In this document: positions 1 through 8,450 of the stretch, piece by piece
How the letters are laid out: each line of letters opens with the position of its first letter
How positions within the stretch are numbered: position 1 is the first letter of the stretch
Source of the DNA: an uncultured Acidobacteriota bacterium
Lineage (GTDB): Bacteria; Acidobacteriota; Thermoanaerobaculia; Multivoradales; SZUA-115
Length of the DNA stretch: 64,000 bases
Direction of reading: 5' to 3'
Assembly: GCA_963805975.1 (NCBI GenBank)
Contig: CAWDVR010000005.1
Location: 64,001-128,000, forward strand
The notes under the pieces: model-generated
What the model was told of the DNA's origin: nothing
What the model saw: the letters and a program-made list of their open reading frames with translations, nothing else
The model's database searches: none
Program-made: the position numbers and the translations under genes

Positions 1-282
1 GCCGTCGAGCCGCGGGGCAACGGCTCACACGTCCGCCTCGCGATCACGGAGCAGACCTACTGGGTGCGCTGGAACGCGGTCGTGGTGCTGCTCCTCGCCG
101 CGGCCGGCGGTGTCGTCTGCGGGCTCTGGCCCTTCCTGCCCCGGCTCCTGCCCTGGGCGCCCTTCGGCGCGGTGCTCGCTCTCCTGGGCTGGTTCCTGGT
201 GGTCTCGAGGCTGGTGACCAACAGCCCGGGGGAGTTTCTCGACACCATGGCGGAGCTCTCGCAGGAAGAGGCGCCGGCCTGA
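1..282 (+). CDS. 3' part of a hypothetical membrane protein (5'-truncated by window edge)
   Basis: Frame 1 is open from base 1 to TGA 280-282. It encodes two hydrophobic stretches (NAVVVLLLAAAGGVVCGLW; FGAVLALLGWFLVVS). Confidence 0.6.
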   Translation, partial: AVEPRGNGSHVRLAITEQTYWVRWNAVVVLLLAAAGGVVCGLWPFLPRLLPWAPFGAVLALLGWFLVVSRLVTNSPGEFLDTMAELSQEEAPA

Positions 283-285
283 AAT

Positions 286-314
286 TTGAGCGCGCCCCTC
301 GGTGTTGCTAAGCT
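286..314 (+). promoter_or_regulatory. sigma70-type promoter of ssrA
   Basis: TTGAGC (286-291), 17-bp spacer, extended -10 TGcTAAGCT (306-314), upstream of the tmRNA. Confidence 0.6.
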
Positions 315-378
315 GCGGCCGTAAGGCTGGCCCACAAGGCTGACTAGGTCCGGCTCGACAGGTTCTTTCACAATCGAT

Positions 379-737
379 GGGGGCGTACCGGTTTCGACGG
401 GGAACAGGCGGGGCGAAGGCTGCGTGTCGAGTTTCGGCTCGTAACAACCGAAACCAAAGCACAACTGCCAACGACAACTTGGCCCTCGCGGCTTAAGAAC
501 TAAGCGGCGACGTGCCGCCGCGAAGTGTGATTCGCGGCTTGCGGCGGCATGCAACCCTACGCGAATCAGAGGACGTGGATCGCTCCGCGCCACGTCCTGA
601 CACCTAGCGGAGATAGCTGTGGCAGCGGGTGCCTTCTTCCCCGCGGCCGACGGCGAAACTAAAGAAGAAGGCTACACATGTAGACGCTTTCGTGACGCGT
701 TTCTCGGACGTGGGTTCAATTCCCACCGCCTCCACCA
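379..737 (+). ncRNA. ssrA: tmRNA (transfer-messenger RNA), tag peptide ANDNLALAA* at 467-496
   Basis: 5' GGGGGCG pairs with CGCCTCC-ACCA (727-737) including a G3:U pair. Also present: GGTTTCGAC D-loop-like motif, T-arm GTGGGTTCAATTCCCAC, and an internal ORF ending in LAA-stop. Confidence 0.97.
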
Positions 738-1786
738 CCCTTCACCAACAAGCTCTTCTCATAGGGCGGCAGGAGCACGCCGGCCTCGGTGACGATCGCC
801 GCGATCAGCTCGTGCGGCGTGACGTCGAAGGCGAGGTTCAGAGCGCGCGCGCCTTCCGGCGTGATCCTGCGGCCGGCGAGCCGCGTGACCTCCTCTTCCG
901 CACGCTCCTCGATCGGGATCTCGGCGCCGCTCGCCGTCGCGAGATCCACCGTCGACAGCGGTGCCGCCACGTAGAACGGAATGCCGTGCCGGGCGGCGAG
1001 CACCGCCACCGTGTAAGTGCCGATCTTGTTCGCGGTGTCGCCGTTGGCGGCGATACGATCCGCGCCCACCACCACCCGATCCACCCTCCCGGCTGCCATC
1101 AGTGCCCCGGCGCTCGAGTCCGTGATCACCTGGAAGGGCACGCCCAGCCGCTGGAGCTCCCAGGCCGTCAAGCGCGCACCCTGGAGCAGCGGGCGCGTCT
1201 CGTCCACCCACACGTGGGCCACGGCACCGCGCCGCCAGGCGGCGTGGATCACGCCGAGAGCGGTGCCGATGCCGGCGGTGGCGAGCGCGCCGGTGTTGCA
1301 GTGGGTGAGCACGCGGTCGCCGCTCGCGAACAGCCGGGCGCCGTGCTCGCCGAGGGCGCGGTTGGCTGTCACGTCCTGGCGGTGGAGATCCTCGGCCCAG
1401 GCGAGGAGCGCCGCCCGCGTCGCCGCGACGCCTTCGCTTCGAGCCGCCTCGAAGACCGCGCGCCCGCGGTCGAGCGCCCAGCGGAGGTTGACAGCGGTGG
1501 GCCGCGTCGCGGCGAGCAGCGCCGCCCCCGCCTCGAAGCGCGCCTCGAGATCCTCGCTGCCGCCGGCCCCGGACACCGCCAGCACCAGGCCGTAGGCCGC
1601 CGCCACGCCGATCGCCGGCGCTCCGCGCACCGCCAGGCGACGGATCGCAGCGCCCACCTGCTCCGGATCTCGGCAAGAGATCCAGACCTCCTCGGCCGGC
1701 AGAAGGGTCTGGTCGAGCAGCCGCAGGGCGCCGTCGCGCCAGACGAGGGGTGAGAGCTCGGCGGCGGAATCGGTGGCCGTGCTCAT
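716..1786 (-). CDS. mtnA: S-methyl-5-thioribose-1-phosphate isomerase
   Basis: Motifs LDQTLLP, VRGAPAIG, TRPTAVNL, HCNTGALAT, ETRPLLQGARLTAWEL, GADRIAANGDTANKIGTY. Start taken at ATG 1786 (GTG 1822 is an alternative). Confidence 0.93.
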   Translation of the reverse strand: MSTATDSAAELSPLVWRDGALRLLDQTLLPAEEVWISCRDPEQVGAAIRRLAVRGAPAIGVAAAYGLVLAVSGAGGSEDLEARFEAGAALLAATRPTAVNLRWALDRGRAVFEAARSEGVAATRAALLAWAEDLHRQDVTANRALGEHGARLFASGDRVLTHCNTGALATAGIGTALGVIHAAWRRGAVAHVWVDETRPLLQGARLTAWELQRLGVPFQVITDSSAGALMAAGRVDRVVVGADRIAANGDTANKIGTYTVAVLAARHGIPFYVAAPLSTVDLATASGAEIPIEERAEEEVTRLAGRRITPEGARALNLAFDVTPHELIAAIVTEAGVLLPPYEKSLLVKGGGGGGN

Positions 1787-1872
1787 GGGACTGGGCTCAT
1801 CAGGGACACCTCCCGGAGACACCCCATGCTACGGCAAGCTAGAATCCGCCGGTTCATCTTGAGGGAGGACGC

Positions 1873-3033
1873 GTGAAAGGAAACCCCAGCCGCATGCGCT
1901 TCGCGACCCGTGCCATCCATGCCGGCCAGCCGCCGGAGGCGGTCACCGGGTCGGTGGCGACACCTATTTTTCAGACCTCGACCTACGTCCAGCCGGAGTT
2001 CGGGCGCCACACCGGCTACGAGTACGCACGCGTCCAGAACCCGACCCGCGAGGCGCTGGAGGCCAACGTCGCCTCGCTCGAGGGCGGCGCCTCCGGCCAC
2101 GCCTTCGCCTCCGGCATGGCCGCCACCTCGGCGATCCTCACCCTGGTCGGCAGCGGCCAGCGGGTGGTGGCCTCGCGCACCGTCTACGGCGGCACCTACC
2201 GCTACTTCACGCGCGTCCTCGACCGCACGGGGATCGACTTCGTGTGGGTGGACACGACCGACCTCGCCGCGGTCGAGGCGGCGACCACCGACGCCACCCG
2301 CCTGGTCTTCGTCGAGACCCCCACCAACCCGCTGATGGAGGTCACCGACCTCGCCGCCGTCGCCGAGATCGCCCACCGCCGCGGCGCGCTCCTGGTGGTC
2401 GACAACACTTTCATGAGCCCCTTCTACCAGCGGCCGATCGAGCTCGGCGCGGACCTGGTCATGCACTCGGCCACCAAGTTCCTCAACGGTCACAGCGACT
2501 CGGTCGGCGGACTGGCGGTCGCGGCCCGCGCCGAGGAAGGGGAGTGGCTCAAGTTCGTGCAGAAGTCGGCCGGCGCCATCCTCGGGCCGTTCGACTGCTT
2601 CTTGGTGATGCGCGGCATCAAGACCCTCGCGGTGCGCATGCCGCGGCACGAGGAGAACGCGCGCGCCTTGGCCGAGTACCTCGCCCGCCATCCCAAGGTG
2701 AAGCGGGTGCTCTATCCGGGACTCGCCAGCCATCCCGGGCACGAGATCCACAAGCGCCAGGCCACGGGCTTCGGCGCCGTGATCACCTTCGACCTCGGCA
2801 ACCTCGAGGCCGTGGGCGCATTCCTGAACCGGCTGGAGCTGCTCTATCTGGCGGAGAGCCTGGGCGGCGTCGAGACGCTGATCTCGCACCCGGCCTCGAT
2901 GACGCACGCTTCCGTGCCGCCCGAGCAGAGGGCGGTCTCCGGCATCACGGACGGCCTGGTGCGGGTGTCGGTGGGGATCGAGGAGATCGACGACTTGATC
3001 GCGGACGTCGAGCAGGCGCTGGCCTATTCGTAG
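1873..3033 (+). CDS. PLP-dependent cystathionine gamma-lyase/gamma-synthase family protein
   Basis: PIFQTSTY, YARVQNPTR, ETPTNP, VDNTF, HSATKFLNGHSD (PLP lysine), AESLGGVETL. SD GGGAGG precedes the GTG. Confidence 0.92.
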   Translation: MKGNPSRMRFATRAIHAGQPPEAVTGSVATPIFQTSTYVQPEFGRHTGYEYARVQNPTREALEANVASLEGGASGHAFASGMAATSAILTLVGSGQRVVASRTVYGGTYRYFTRVLDRTGIDFVWVDTTDLAAVEAATTDATRLVFVETPTNPLMEVTDLAAVAEIAHRRGALLVVDNTFMSPFYQRPIELGADLVMHSATKFLNGHSDSVGGLAVAARAEEGEWLKFVQKSAGAILGPFDCFLVMRGIKTLAVRMPRHEENARALAEYLARHPKVKRVLYPGLASHPGHEIHKRQATGFGAVITFDLGNLEAVGAFLNRLELLYLAESLGGVETLISHPASMTHASVPPEQRAVSGITDGLVRVSVGIEEIDDLIADVEQALAYS

Positions 3034-3395
3034 GCCAGCTCTTCCTCGTCTTCGTCGTCCTCGTCGTCGAACTGGGCGTCCTTGTCCACACAGTCCTCGA
3101 TCCAGCCGAGGAAGCTCTTGTCGCCCTTGGCCACACTGAAGGAGAGGATCTCGGGAAGCTCGTAGCTGTGCAGCTCGCGGATCGTGGCGGCGACCGCCTC
3201 GAACTCCGACTCCGCGGTCTTCACCACCAGCATGAGCTCATGGTCCTTGCAGATCTTGCCCTTCCAGCGGTAGATCGAGCGCACGGCCGGCAGCACATTG
3301 ACGCAGGCCGCCTGCCGGCGTGCCACTAGCTCGCGCGCGATCGAATAGGCCTGATCCTCGTTGCCGACGGTGGTGACCACACAGATCGCGCGCAT
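3024..3395 (-). CDS. cutA: divalent-cation tolerance protein CutA with acidic tail
   Basis: AACVNV, SIYRWKG, HSYELPEI motifs. Confidence 0.92.
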   Translation of the reverse strand: MRAICVVTTVGNEDQAYSIARELVARRQAACVNVLPAVRSIYRWKGKICKDHELMLVVKTAESEFEAVAATIRELHSYELPEILSFSVAKGDKSFLGWIEDCVDKDAQFDDEDDEDEEELAYE

Positions 3396-3435
3396 CGCTC
3401 GACGTTACTCCAGGCCGCGAGGGCAGTCAAACTCT

Positions 3436-4038
3436 CTACTTTCGCCGCCATCTCTCTTCCTCGCGGTCGTAGACCAGGATGCGCACGCGGCCCGTGCGGT
3501 TGACAACCCGCACCGCCACGAGCTCTTCGCGCCGGTCGGTCAGGTAGACCGTGCCGGGCGTGGCCGTGCCGAGGTTCGAGAACGAAGCGATGTCCGACTG
3601 GTTGAAGCGGATGGGATCGTCCAGACGGGTGAGCCGCCGGTGCGGGTCGCTGGGATCGACGGGGGCCGGTGGTGGCGGGAAGCCGAAGCCAACGCCGGGG
3701 CCGAGCGCCGAGAGGCGCCGCGGCAGGCCGATCGCCGGGTCGGTGCCGGCGGCGATGTCGGCGGAGAGCACGCCGTCCCCGTCGCCGTCCTGGTAGAGAG
3801 TGAAGGTGACGCTCTCGTCCGCCGCGGTACGGAACTTGATCCCGACGTTGGCGCTCATCCTGACCGCCGTGTGTCGCGCGAGCTGTAGCGCCCCGGCGAG
3901 CTCCGAGGCGCCGAGCAGCACGCGCTGCTCTGCCGTGCTGCCGAACAGGTTCGGCACCGTGAGGGCCGCGGCGAGGCCGAGGATGGCGACGACAATAGTG
4001 AGCTCGGTGAACTGAAAACCCTGTTGGTGGTGTCTCAT
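3436..4038 (-). CDS. FimT/GspH-like minor type IV pilin
   Basis: Class III signal QQG|FQFTE followed by a hydrophobic helix, and a C-terminal TGRVR motif. Confidence 0.8.
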   Translation of the reverse strand: MRHHQQGFQFTELTIVVAILGLAAALTVPNLFGSTAEQRVLLGASELAGALQLARHTAVRMSANVGIKFRTAADESVTFTLYQDGDGDGVLSADIAAGTDPAIGLPRRLSALGPGVGFGFPPPPAPVDPSDPHRRLTRLDDPIRFNQSDIASFSNLGTATPGTVYLTDRREELVAVRVVNRTGRVRILVYDREEERWRRK

Positions 4039-4069
4039 GGCGGAGAGCTCCGTGGGAGGGAGGGCGAGG

Positions 4070-4101
4070 CGAGGTGGCGAGGACCGCTCCTCGCCACCTC
4101 G
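4070..4101. repeat. perfect 14-bp stem hairpin between comEA and the pilin gene
   Basis: CGAGGTGGCGAGGA-ccgc-TCCTCGCCACCTCG. There is no U-tract, so it is an mRNA-stabilising or attenuating hairpin rather than a classical terminator. Confidence 0.7.
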
Positions 4102-4115
4102 AGCTCGCGCGCTGC

Positions 4116-4457
4116 CTAGCCCTCGGCTTGCCCCTCCGTCTTGCGGGTGGCGCGGACCTTCACGGTCAGGGTGGTGGGGCCGGAGACCGTCACGTAGGGA
4201 GCGATCAGCTCGAAAGTCTTCTCGCCGATGCCACGCACCAGCATCAGCTCCTCGGGCTTCTTGAACTGGCCGCTCTTCTCGCGGTGCTCGATGATGCGCA
4301 GTGCCACCGCCGGGCCGACCCGCGGCAGGAGGGCGAGCTGCTCGCCGCTCGCGGTGTTCAAGTTGACCTTCCCGGAGTCGGCCGCCATCGCGGGCAGCGA
4401 AAGGATGGCGAGCGAGAGGGCGACAAGAGCGGCGACGAAACGGTGCGAGTGCTTCAT
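4116..4457 (-). CDS. comEA: ComEA-family periplasmic helix-hairpin-helix DNA-binding protein
   Basis: Signal peptide, then KVNLNTASGEQLALLPRVGP..A.RIIEHREKSGQFKKPEELMLVRGIGEKTF. SD AAGGAG. Confidence 0.9.
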   Translation of the reverse strand: MKHSHRFVAALVALSLAILSLPAMAADSGKVNLNTASGEQLALLPRVGPAVALRIIEHREKSGQFKKPEELMLVRGIGEKTFELIAPYVTVSGPTTLTVKVRATRKTEGQAEG

Positions 4458-4616
4458 GGTTTTCTCCTTGATCTGGGTCGAACAGTGGGTTTGGGTTTTT
4501 CGATCGAACAGTGGGCCCCGAAGGGCCCGGGTTCCTTACCGTCTTTCCTGTTGTCGATTGGGCCGTGTCTGCTGCGCCACCTCCTTTCTCCGGTTGACGT
4601 TCGGCAGACCCCTAGT

Positions 4617-4632
4617 CCAAAGCCGGTGCCAG
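4617..4632 (-). promoter_or_regulatory. candidate sigma54 (-24/-12) promoter for comEA-fimT
   Basis: Minus strand CTGGCACCGGCTTTGG versus consensus TGGCACG-N4-TTGC (GC at -12 replaced by GG). An adjacent AT-rich IHF-like and palindromic stretch lies at 4640-4673. Confidence 0.4.
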
Positions 4633-4707
4633 GCGTGCCAGATAGAGCTAACTATCTGAGGAGAAACGACTTGCCGGGTCTTTCACGGCAGAGGGTTCCA
4701 GCGGCGA

Positions 4708-4824
4708 TGTCAAGCGATTGCGCGCTCGACCGCCGCCAGAGGGCGCGGCAAGGCGAGAAAACGGGCTGGGAGAGAGCTGAGGGCGGAGGGAAAGAAATTT
4801 TGACGAGCGCGCAATCCCTTGACA
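4708..4824. repeat. 21-bp inverted repeat (20/21 identical) enclosing 75 bp
   Basis: TGTCAAGCGATTGCGCGCTCG (4708-4728) and CGAGCGCGCAATCCCTTGACA (4804-4824). Confidence 0.8.
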
Positions 4825-4883
4825 CCCGCCAGGGACGCACGCCCCTAGGCGGGTTCTCGGGGGCTGAGGTACATTACGCGCCC

Positions 4884-5591
4884 ATGGACGAGGGCAAGGG
4901 GAAGGTTCGCGAGACGATCGAGGCGCTGTTGATCGCCGTGATCTTCCTGCGCTTCGCCAACACCTTCGTCGCCCAGACCTTCTACATCCCGAGCGGCTCG
5001 ATGGAGGAGACGCTACAGGTGGGCGACCATCTGTTCGTCAACCGTTTCATCTTCGGCCAGGAGGGCTTTCTCGGCGACAATCCGCTGGTTCCTGCCCGGG
5101 CGGTACAACGTGGTGACGTGGTGGTCTTCCGCTCGGTCGAGGATCCGACCGTGGACGTGGTCAAGCGCTGCGTCGGTCTGCCGGGCGACAAGGTACGGAT
5201 CGAGGACAAACAGCTCTACCTGAACGGGCAGCGTGTGGACGACGACGCCTATGCGATCCACAAGCTGGCGGGCGAGCAGGGGGGCCAGTCCCAGCTCCAG
5301 ATCAGAGCCTACGTCCGCAGGCGCGACAACTTCGGGCCGGTCGAGGTGCCCGGCGGCCATTACTTCTGCATGGGCGACAACCGCGACAACTCCCACGACT
5401 CGCGATTTTGGGGCTTCCTGCCGGCGCACCTCATCAAGGGGCGCGCCTTCTTCGTCTACTGGTCGTACGGCGGCGGCACGCCGGACGGCAGGTGGCGCGG
5501 TTGGGGCCCCAAGCTCGCACAGCTCGGCCGCACGGCCGCTGGTTTCTTCACCAAGACGCGCTGGGATCGAACCTTCCTCCTGGTCCGTTGA
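4884..5591 (+). CDS. lepB: signal peptidase I
   Basis: IPSGSMEETL (catalytic Ser), VKRCVGLPGD (Lys), GDNRDNSHDSRFWG. Start set at ATG 4884 within the longer ORF. Confidence 0.93.
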   Translation: MDEGKGKVRETIEALLIAVIFLRFANTFVAQTFYIPSGSMEETLQVGDHLFVNRFIFGQEGFLGDNPLVPARAVQRGDVVVFRSVEDPTVDVVKRCVGLPGDKVRIEDKQLYLNGQRVDDDAYAIHKLAGEQGGQSQLQIRAYVRRRDNFGPVEVPGGHYFCMGDNRDNSHDSRFWGFLPAHLIKGRAFFVYWSYGGGTPDGRWRGWGPKLAQLGRTAAGFFTKTRWDRTFLLVR

Positions 5592-6241
5592 TGGCTCCGC
5601 CGGGAGGTGCCGGCGCGGGCGGGGCGGGGCGCCGGGTGCTGCCGGTCCTCCTGACCGCGTTGGTGCTGGCCGTTTTTACCCGCACTTTCGTACTGCAGGG
5701 CTTTCGCATTCCGAGCTCCTCGATGGCGCCGGGTCTCCTGGCCGGCGACCACGTTCTAGTCGACAAATTCATCTTCGGCGCCTCGGCTTCTGCGCTCGCC
5801 GCGCGGCTCCTCCCCTTGCGGCCGATCCGGCGCGGCGACGTGGTGGTCTTCAAGCTCCCGGCCGAGCCGCGGCGCGCCTTCGTCAAGCGCTGTGTGGGGC
5901 TGCCCGGCGACACGATCGAGATCCGCGACCGGCTGCTGTGGCTGAACGGCCGGCCGGTGGACGAGAGGGGCTATCTCTCGCCCGCGAGCGGAGCTCCGCC
6001 CGGCGACCGCCGGCGGCCGCGCGACGACTTCGGCCCGCTGACCGTGCCTCTGCGCCAGTACTTCTGCCTGGGTGACAACCGGAACGACTCGGACGACTCG
6101 CGGTTCTTCGGCACGGTGCCGGCGAGCTACGTCCAGGGCCGGGTGGTGCTGGTCTACGCGTCGGTTGCGACCGGGGAGAGGGGCCGGCATGGCCTCTTCA
6201 CCCGCCTCCGCTGGCAGCGGATCGGAAGGCTGGTGCGCTGA
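5591..6241 (+). CDS. lepB: signal peptidase I, second tandem paralogue
   Basis: IPSSSMAPGL, VKRCVGLPGD, GDNRNDSDDSRFFG. The ATG overlaps the upstream TGA (TGATG). Confidence 0.88.
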   Translation: MAPPGGAGAGGAGRRVLPVLLTALVLAVFTRTFVLQGFRIPSSSMAPGLLAGDHVLVDKFIFGASASALAARLLPLRPIRRGDVVVFKLPAEPRRAFVKRCVGLPGDTIEIRDRLLWLNGRPVDERGYLSPASGAPPGDRRRPRDDFGPLTVPLRQYFCLGDNRNDSDDSRFFGTVPASYVQGRVVLVYASVATGERGRHGLFTRLRWQRIGRLVR

Positions 6242-6290
6242 GGGCACGGCGGCGGTAGACTAAGGGCTCTTGATCCGAGGAGGTCCGGCG

Positions 6291-6659
6291 ATGCGCAGTC
6301 GATCTGGCCAGCGAGGCGATGGCAATGTGGGTTGCTTCTTCTGGTTGCTGGTCCTGGTCGTCGTCGGCATGATTCTGTGGAAGGCGGTGCCGGTCAAGAT
6401 CGCGACCGCGGAGCTCTACGACTACTCCCTCGAGCTCACCAAGTTCAGCGCCAAGGCTTCGCAGGAAGAGCTCCGGCGCCGCATTCTCGAGAAGGCCAAG
6501 GAGCTGAACCTGCCGCTCAACCCCAAGCAGGTCGAGATCGTGAAGAGCAGGGAACGGATCCGCATCCACCTGAACTACATGGTTCCCCTCGACTTCCCGG
6601 GCTACACCTACGAATGGAAGATCGAGGACGAGATCGACCGCCCGATCTTCTACATCTAG
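6291..6659 (+). CDS. DUF4845-like small membrane-anchored protein
   Basis: N-terminal QRG-x then a TM helix and a small soluble domain. SD GAGGAGG. This family is typically found next to lepB. Confidence 0.6.
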   Translation: MRSRSGQRGDGNVGCFFWLLVLVVVGMILWKAVPVKIATAELYDYSLELTKFSAKASQEELRRRILEKAKELNLPLNPKQVEIVKSRERIRIHLNYMVPLDFPGYTYEWKIEDEIDRPIFYI

Positions 6660-6684
6660 CGCCGGGCGAGCTCCGGGCCGATCC

Positions 6685-8439
6685 GTGACGCTCCTCGGGC
6701 GCTGGCGGGTCCCCAACGGCTGGCTGATCGCCGCCGCCTGCTTCGCGCCGGGGGCGATCCTCGGCCTGCTCTTCGCTCAGCTCCTCTTCTTCCTCAACCC
6801 GCACCTGCCGCTCGCGGCACCGACCATCGCGCGGGCGATGGTCGCCTACGGCGGGACCGGGGGCCTGGCTAGCCTCCTGCTCCTGGCTGCCGCGAGCGGT
6901 GGCCGGCGGCGGCGGGCGGCGAGGCTCCTGCCCTGGGCGCTCACGGTGGCGCTGGTGCTGGCGGCGGTGCTGGGATGGGTGCTGCCCTCGTACTTCGCCT
7001 ACTACCTACCTCCCGGCATCAACGAGCGGCTGATCAAGGCCGCGTTGTGGATCACGGCGGCGGCGGTCGTCTGCTTCTACACGGCGCTGCTCCATGCCAT
7101 CTACCGGCGGCGCTACGGCACGAACAGCCGGGTAGGCTTGGTGCTCTGCGCCTTGGTTTCCGTCCTCGCCATGGCGGAGCGCAGGGGAGCCTTTCCCCCG
7201 TCTGCCGAGACGACCTACCGGCCGACGCTCCTGGAGCACGGGGAGAGCCCGCCGCGCCTGCTGGTGATCGGCCTCGACGGCGCCACGCTCGACGCCGTGC
7301 TGCCGCTGGCCGAGCAGGGCCTGCTCCCCTTCTTCGCGCGGTTGCTCGAAGGCGGCAGCCACGGGCACCTGGCCTCGCTGGCGCCGACCCGCTCCGGGGC
7401 CGTATGGACCACGCTCGCAACCGGCAAGCTGCCCTATCGGCACGGGGTGGTGGCGAGCCGGGTGTTTCCGCAGCCCGCCCTGGGCCGGGGAGTCGAGCTC
7501 AAGCTGGTGCCGCCGTTGCCCCCGTTCTACGACTGGGCCCGGCTGGGGGTCTTCGGTCGGCTGGCCGACGGCGGCGAGCGGCGGGTGCTGGCGCTGTGGG
7601 AGATGTCGAGCCGCCTCGGCCTCGACACCGCGCTGGTCTCCTGGCCGGTGAGCAGCCCTCTTTCGGCGGAGCTCTCCGCCGGGGTCTCGGATCGCTTCTT
7701 CTCGCGGAGCCGCTTGGCCGAGGCCCTGCGGCCGGAGGACGCGCGGCCGCTCGCCCTGGGCCTGCGGGCCAGAGAGGAGGCCGAGCGAGGCAAGGAAGGC
7801 ATGACGGCGGTCGATCCGCGATTTGCGGTCGAGGTCGGGCAGGCGCTGGCCGGCGACCGGCTCCGGCTCGAGATCGCGGCCTGGACCCTGGCCGAAGAGC
7901 CGACCAAGGAGGCCGTCTTCCTCGTGCTGCCGGGGCTGCGCACGGTTTCGGCGCGCACCTTCGGCGGCTACAGCGCGGTCGAGTTCGAAGGCATTCAGCG
8001 CTCGCCGTACCTCGAAGCCGCCAGAGCTCTCGAGGCTTACTACGCTCAGCTCGATGCGCTGCTCGCGGCGTTCTGGCAGGAGCACGGCGAGGGTGCACTG
8101 CTCGCCGTCGTCTCGGCGTTCGGCACCGAGCCGGCTGCCGGCTGGCAGCGGGTGCGCGCCGAGCTCTCCGAGAGCAAGTCGCTCTCCGGCTACTTCTCGG
8201 GCGCTCCGGACGGCGTGCTGATTCTCTATGGCGAGGACGTTCGCTCCGGCGGCCGGCTGGAGAACGCGCGGCTGGTGGACGTCGTGCCGACGCTCCTCTA
8301 CGGGTTGGGCTTCCCGGTGCCCGGAGACCTCGACGGCCAAGTGCTTCGAGACGCCTTCACGCCCGACTTTCTGGCCCGCCATCCCCTGACCTTCGTATCT
8401 TCCTACGAAGCCCTCTCGGGGCCAGGCCCAAGCGATTGA
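6685..8439 (+). CDS. membrane-anchored alkaline phosphatase/nucleotide pyrophosphatase superfamily protein
   Basis: About 5 N-terminal TM helices, then LLVIGLDGAT, WTTLATG, DVVPTLLYGLG..P..LDG. Confidence 0.8.
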   Translation: MTLLGRWRVPNGWLIAAACFAPGAILGLLFAQLLFFLNPHLPLAAPTIARAMVAYGGTGGLASLLLLAAASGGRRRRAARLLPWALTVALVLAAVLGWVLPSYFAYYLPPGINERLIKAALWITAAAVVCFYTALLHAIYRRRYGTNSRVGLVLCALVSVLAMAERRGAFPPSAETTYRPTLLEHGESPPRLLVIGLDGATLDAVLPLAEQGLLPFFARLLEGGSHGHLASLAPTRSGAVWTTLATGKLPYRHGVVASRVFPQPALGRGVELKLVPPLPPFYDWARLGVFGRLADGGERRVLALWEMSSRLGLDTALVSWPVSSPLSAELSAGVSDRFFSRSRLAEALRPEDARPLALGLRAREEAERGKEGMTAVDPRFAVEVGQALAGDRLRLEIAAWTLAEEPTKEAVFLVLPGLRTVSARTFGGYSAVEFEGIQRSPYLEAARALEAYYAQLDALLAAFWQEHGEGALLAVVSAFGTEPAAGWQRVRAELSESKSLSGYFSGAPDGVLILYGEDVRSGGRLENARLVDVVPTLLYGLGFPVPGDLDGQVLRDAFTPDFLARHPLTFVSSYEALSGPGPSD

Positions 8440-8450
8440 TTCTAAAGATC

